Below are positions 62,623 through 64,000 of a stretch of DNA of 64,000 bases, one piece after another. How positions within the stretch are numbered: the first letter of the stretch is position 1; each line of letters starts with the position of its first letter. This DNA comes from Harriotta raleighana (Eukaryota), in NCBI GenBank assembly GCA_050575255.1, contig JBNZDD010013567.1, positions 1,050,001 through 1,114,000 on the forward strand, read 5' to 3'. The translations under genes and the position numbers were made by a program. Under the pieces are notes generated by a model. The model was not told the DNA's origin and made no database searches. It worked only from the letters and a program-made list of their open reading frames with translations.

Positions 62623-62679
62623 ATGAGAGAAATCGTCCATATCCAAGCTGGCCAATGCGGCAACCAGATTGGTGCCAAG
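62623..62679 (+). CDS. TUBB3: Beta-tubulin exon 1 (MREIVHIQAGQCGNQIGAK), probably class III; gene continues beyond the window
   Basis: Canonical 57-nt first exon with AAG|gtaaca donor. Beta-tubulin identity is certain; the isotype is assigned only by MC1R-TUBB3 synteny. Confidence 0.85.
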
Positions 62680-63379
62680 GTAACACTTATTATGCCTCGA
62701 ATCTTTTATTAACAGGAGGAGGGGGTATAGGGGGTGGTGGTGGGGGATGTGGGGATGGAGAATGCTGTTGAAATGACAGTGTAGTTTCAATGCAAAATTA
62801 AAAACCTTGAGAAATGTGCTTTCAATGATTTTTTCCCCTCCCCAAATTATATACATACTCTATATACATACTCTATATATATATATATATATATGTATTT
62901 AACACATTTTTAATTTTAAGATTGAACTGGAGATAGTTCAATTGATGCCATGCATTAGTTATGCAACTGATATATATTTTTTTTAAATGTCATGTGCAGT
63001 GAGTGAGTGAGTGGAGTGGAGTGAGAGTGGTCATCAAATGTCTTTCTGCCTCTTAGGATGATGAGTGGATTGCAATNATTTTTTAAATGTCATGTGCAGT
63101 GAGTGAGTGAGTGGAGTGAGTGTGGTCATCAAATGTCTTTCTGCCTCTTAGGATGATGAGTGGATTGCAATCACATACTGTGTTCGAGTCTGGGCTCGTT
63201 TGGATTAGTCAACATGGCGAATTGGTGTGTGCTCATTGTTGCTGATGAAAGAGAGAGAGAGAGAAGGGAGGGAGAGAGTGTGTGGAAGGCTTTGCACGTT
63301 GAAACGTGTCTCAATGCTGATTTGAACAGTCGCAGGGTTCTGCAGACAGAGCCACACCCGATATACTGCAGATATACTG

Positions 63380-63465
63380 GAGAGAGGAGAGGGGGGAGGG
63401 GTGGGGGGGTGTGTGGGGGGGGGGTGGTGGAAGAGGGGGAGAAGAGAGAGAGAGAGAGAGAGAGG
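63380..63465 (+). repeat. G-run and (GA)n low-complexity tract in tubulin intron 1
   Basis: ggggggaggggtgggggggtgtgtgggggggggggtgg followed by (ag)n. Confidence 0.8.
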
Positions 63466-64000
63466 ATTAGCTCAACTCTGCACTGCTGTACAGTCCAACT
63501 GCAGGATCACTGCAAGCCTCCTGCACATCCCATGCATTCAAATCACACTTGGGTGGAGCCAAGGTTTGAATTCCCAGAGACAAAGGAACCCCTCGTTTCA
63601 GACTTAAAAAATCCAATTCGCGTATCAATCCGATCCCAAGAAATGGAGACATCACCATCACCCTCCCCAATCCTTGCCCAAATACCACGACGGATCATAT
63701 TATGTAGGTTTTATAATCCTTGATTGTTTACAGATTATAGATCAAATGTGTCACCATCGCTGTCGGTGGGAGTTTTAATTTTAAATGCCTCAATTTTATG
63801 CATCCACGCTATCAAGGAGATGAAGAGTAAACAGTGATATCCTGGGCATCAGTTAATATCAGTAAATGTTGCTATTGAGGTCTTGTTTGAGTAATCTTGC
63901 TTGATTTGATGTGACAGTCGTGATTGGAATAAATTTTGAGAAATTGGAATAGAAGTTTAATTATTGTGATAGAATGAGTAGCATTTTGAACTTTATTATT

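Noticed and set aside
62977-63172. ~100-bp tandem duplication in tubulin intron 1
   Set aside because: Split by an N at 63077; copies differ mainly in microsatellite length, consistent with two haplotypes.
63160-63723. 187-aa ORF in tubulin intron 1
   Set aside because: Non-ATG start, runs through GA and G simple repeats, no tubulin or other recognisable homology.

Overview
Vertebrate genomic DNA, most likely a cartilaginous fish (inferred from a chondrichthyan-type MC1R, Deu-domain SINEs and CR1 tails; species not determinable). Four protein-coding genes lie in tandem on the + strand: (1) the 3' portion of ANKRD11, 8 coding exons including a 6,755-bp giant exon, stop at 14106; (2) a complete 9-exon SLC22A31-like orphan transporter, 22398-31959, about 595 aa; (3) intronless MC1R, 39546-40499, 317 aa; (4) the promoter and exon 1 of a beta-tubulin, TUBB3 by synteny, 62623-62679. 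The rest is introns and intergenic DNA holding tRNA-derived Deu-type SINEs (a young and an old family), L2 and CR1 LINE fragments, one TA-flanked MITE, microsatellites and several N-adjacent duplications that look like assembly artefacts. I found no wholly new gene system. The best leads are a strong splice donor overlapping the MC1R Trp-stop codons upstream of TUBB3 (the site used for human MC1R-TUBB3 chimeras), a probable ~6 kb TE-free ANKRD11 3'UTR with alternative poly(A) sites, and a gene order that joins two human 16q24.3 blocks. Repeat boundaries are approximate and were read by eye.
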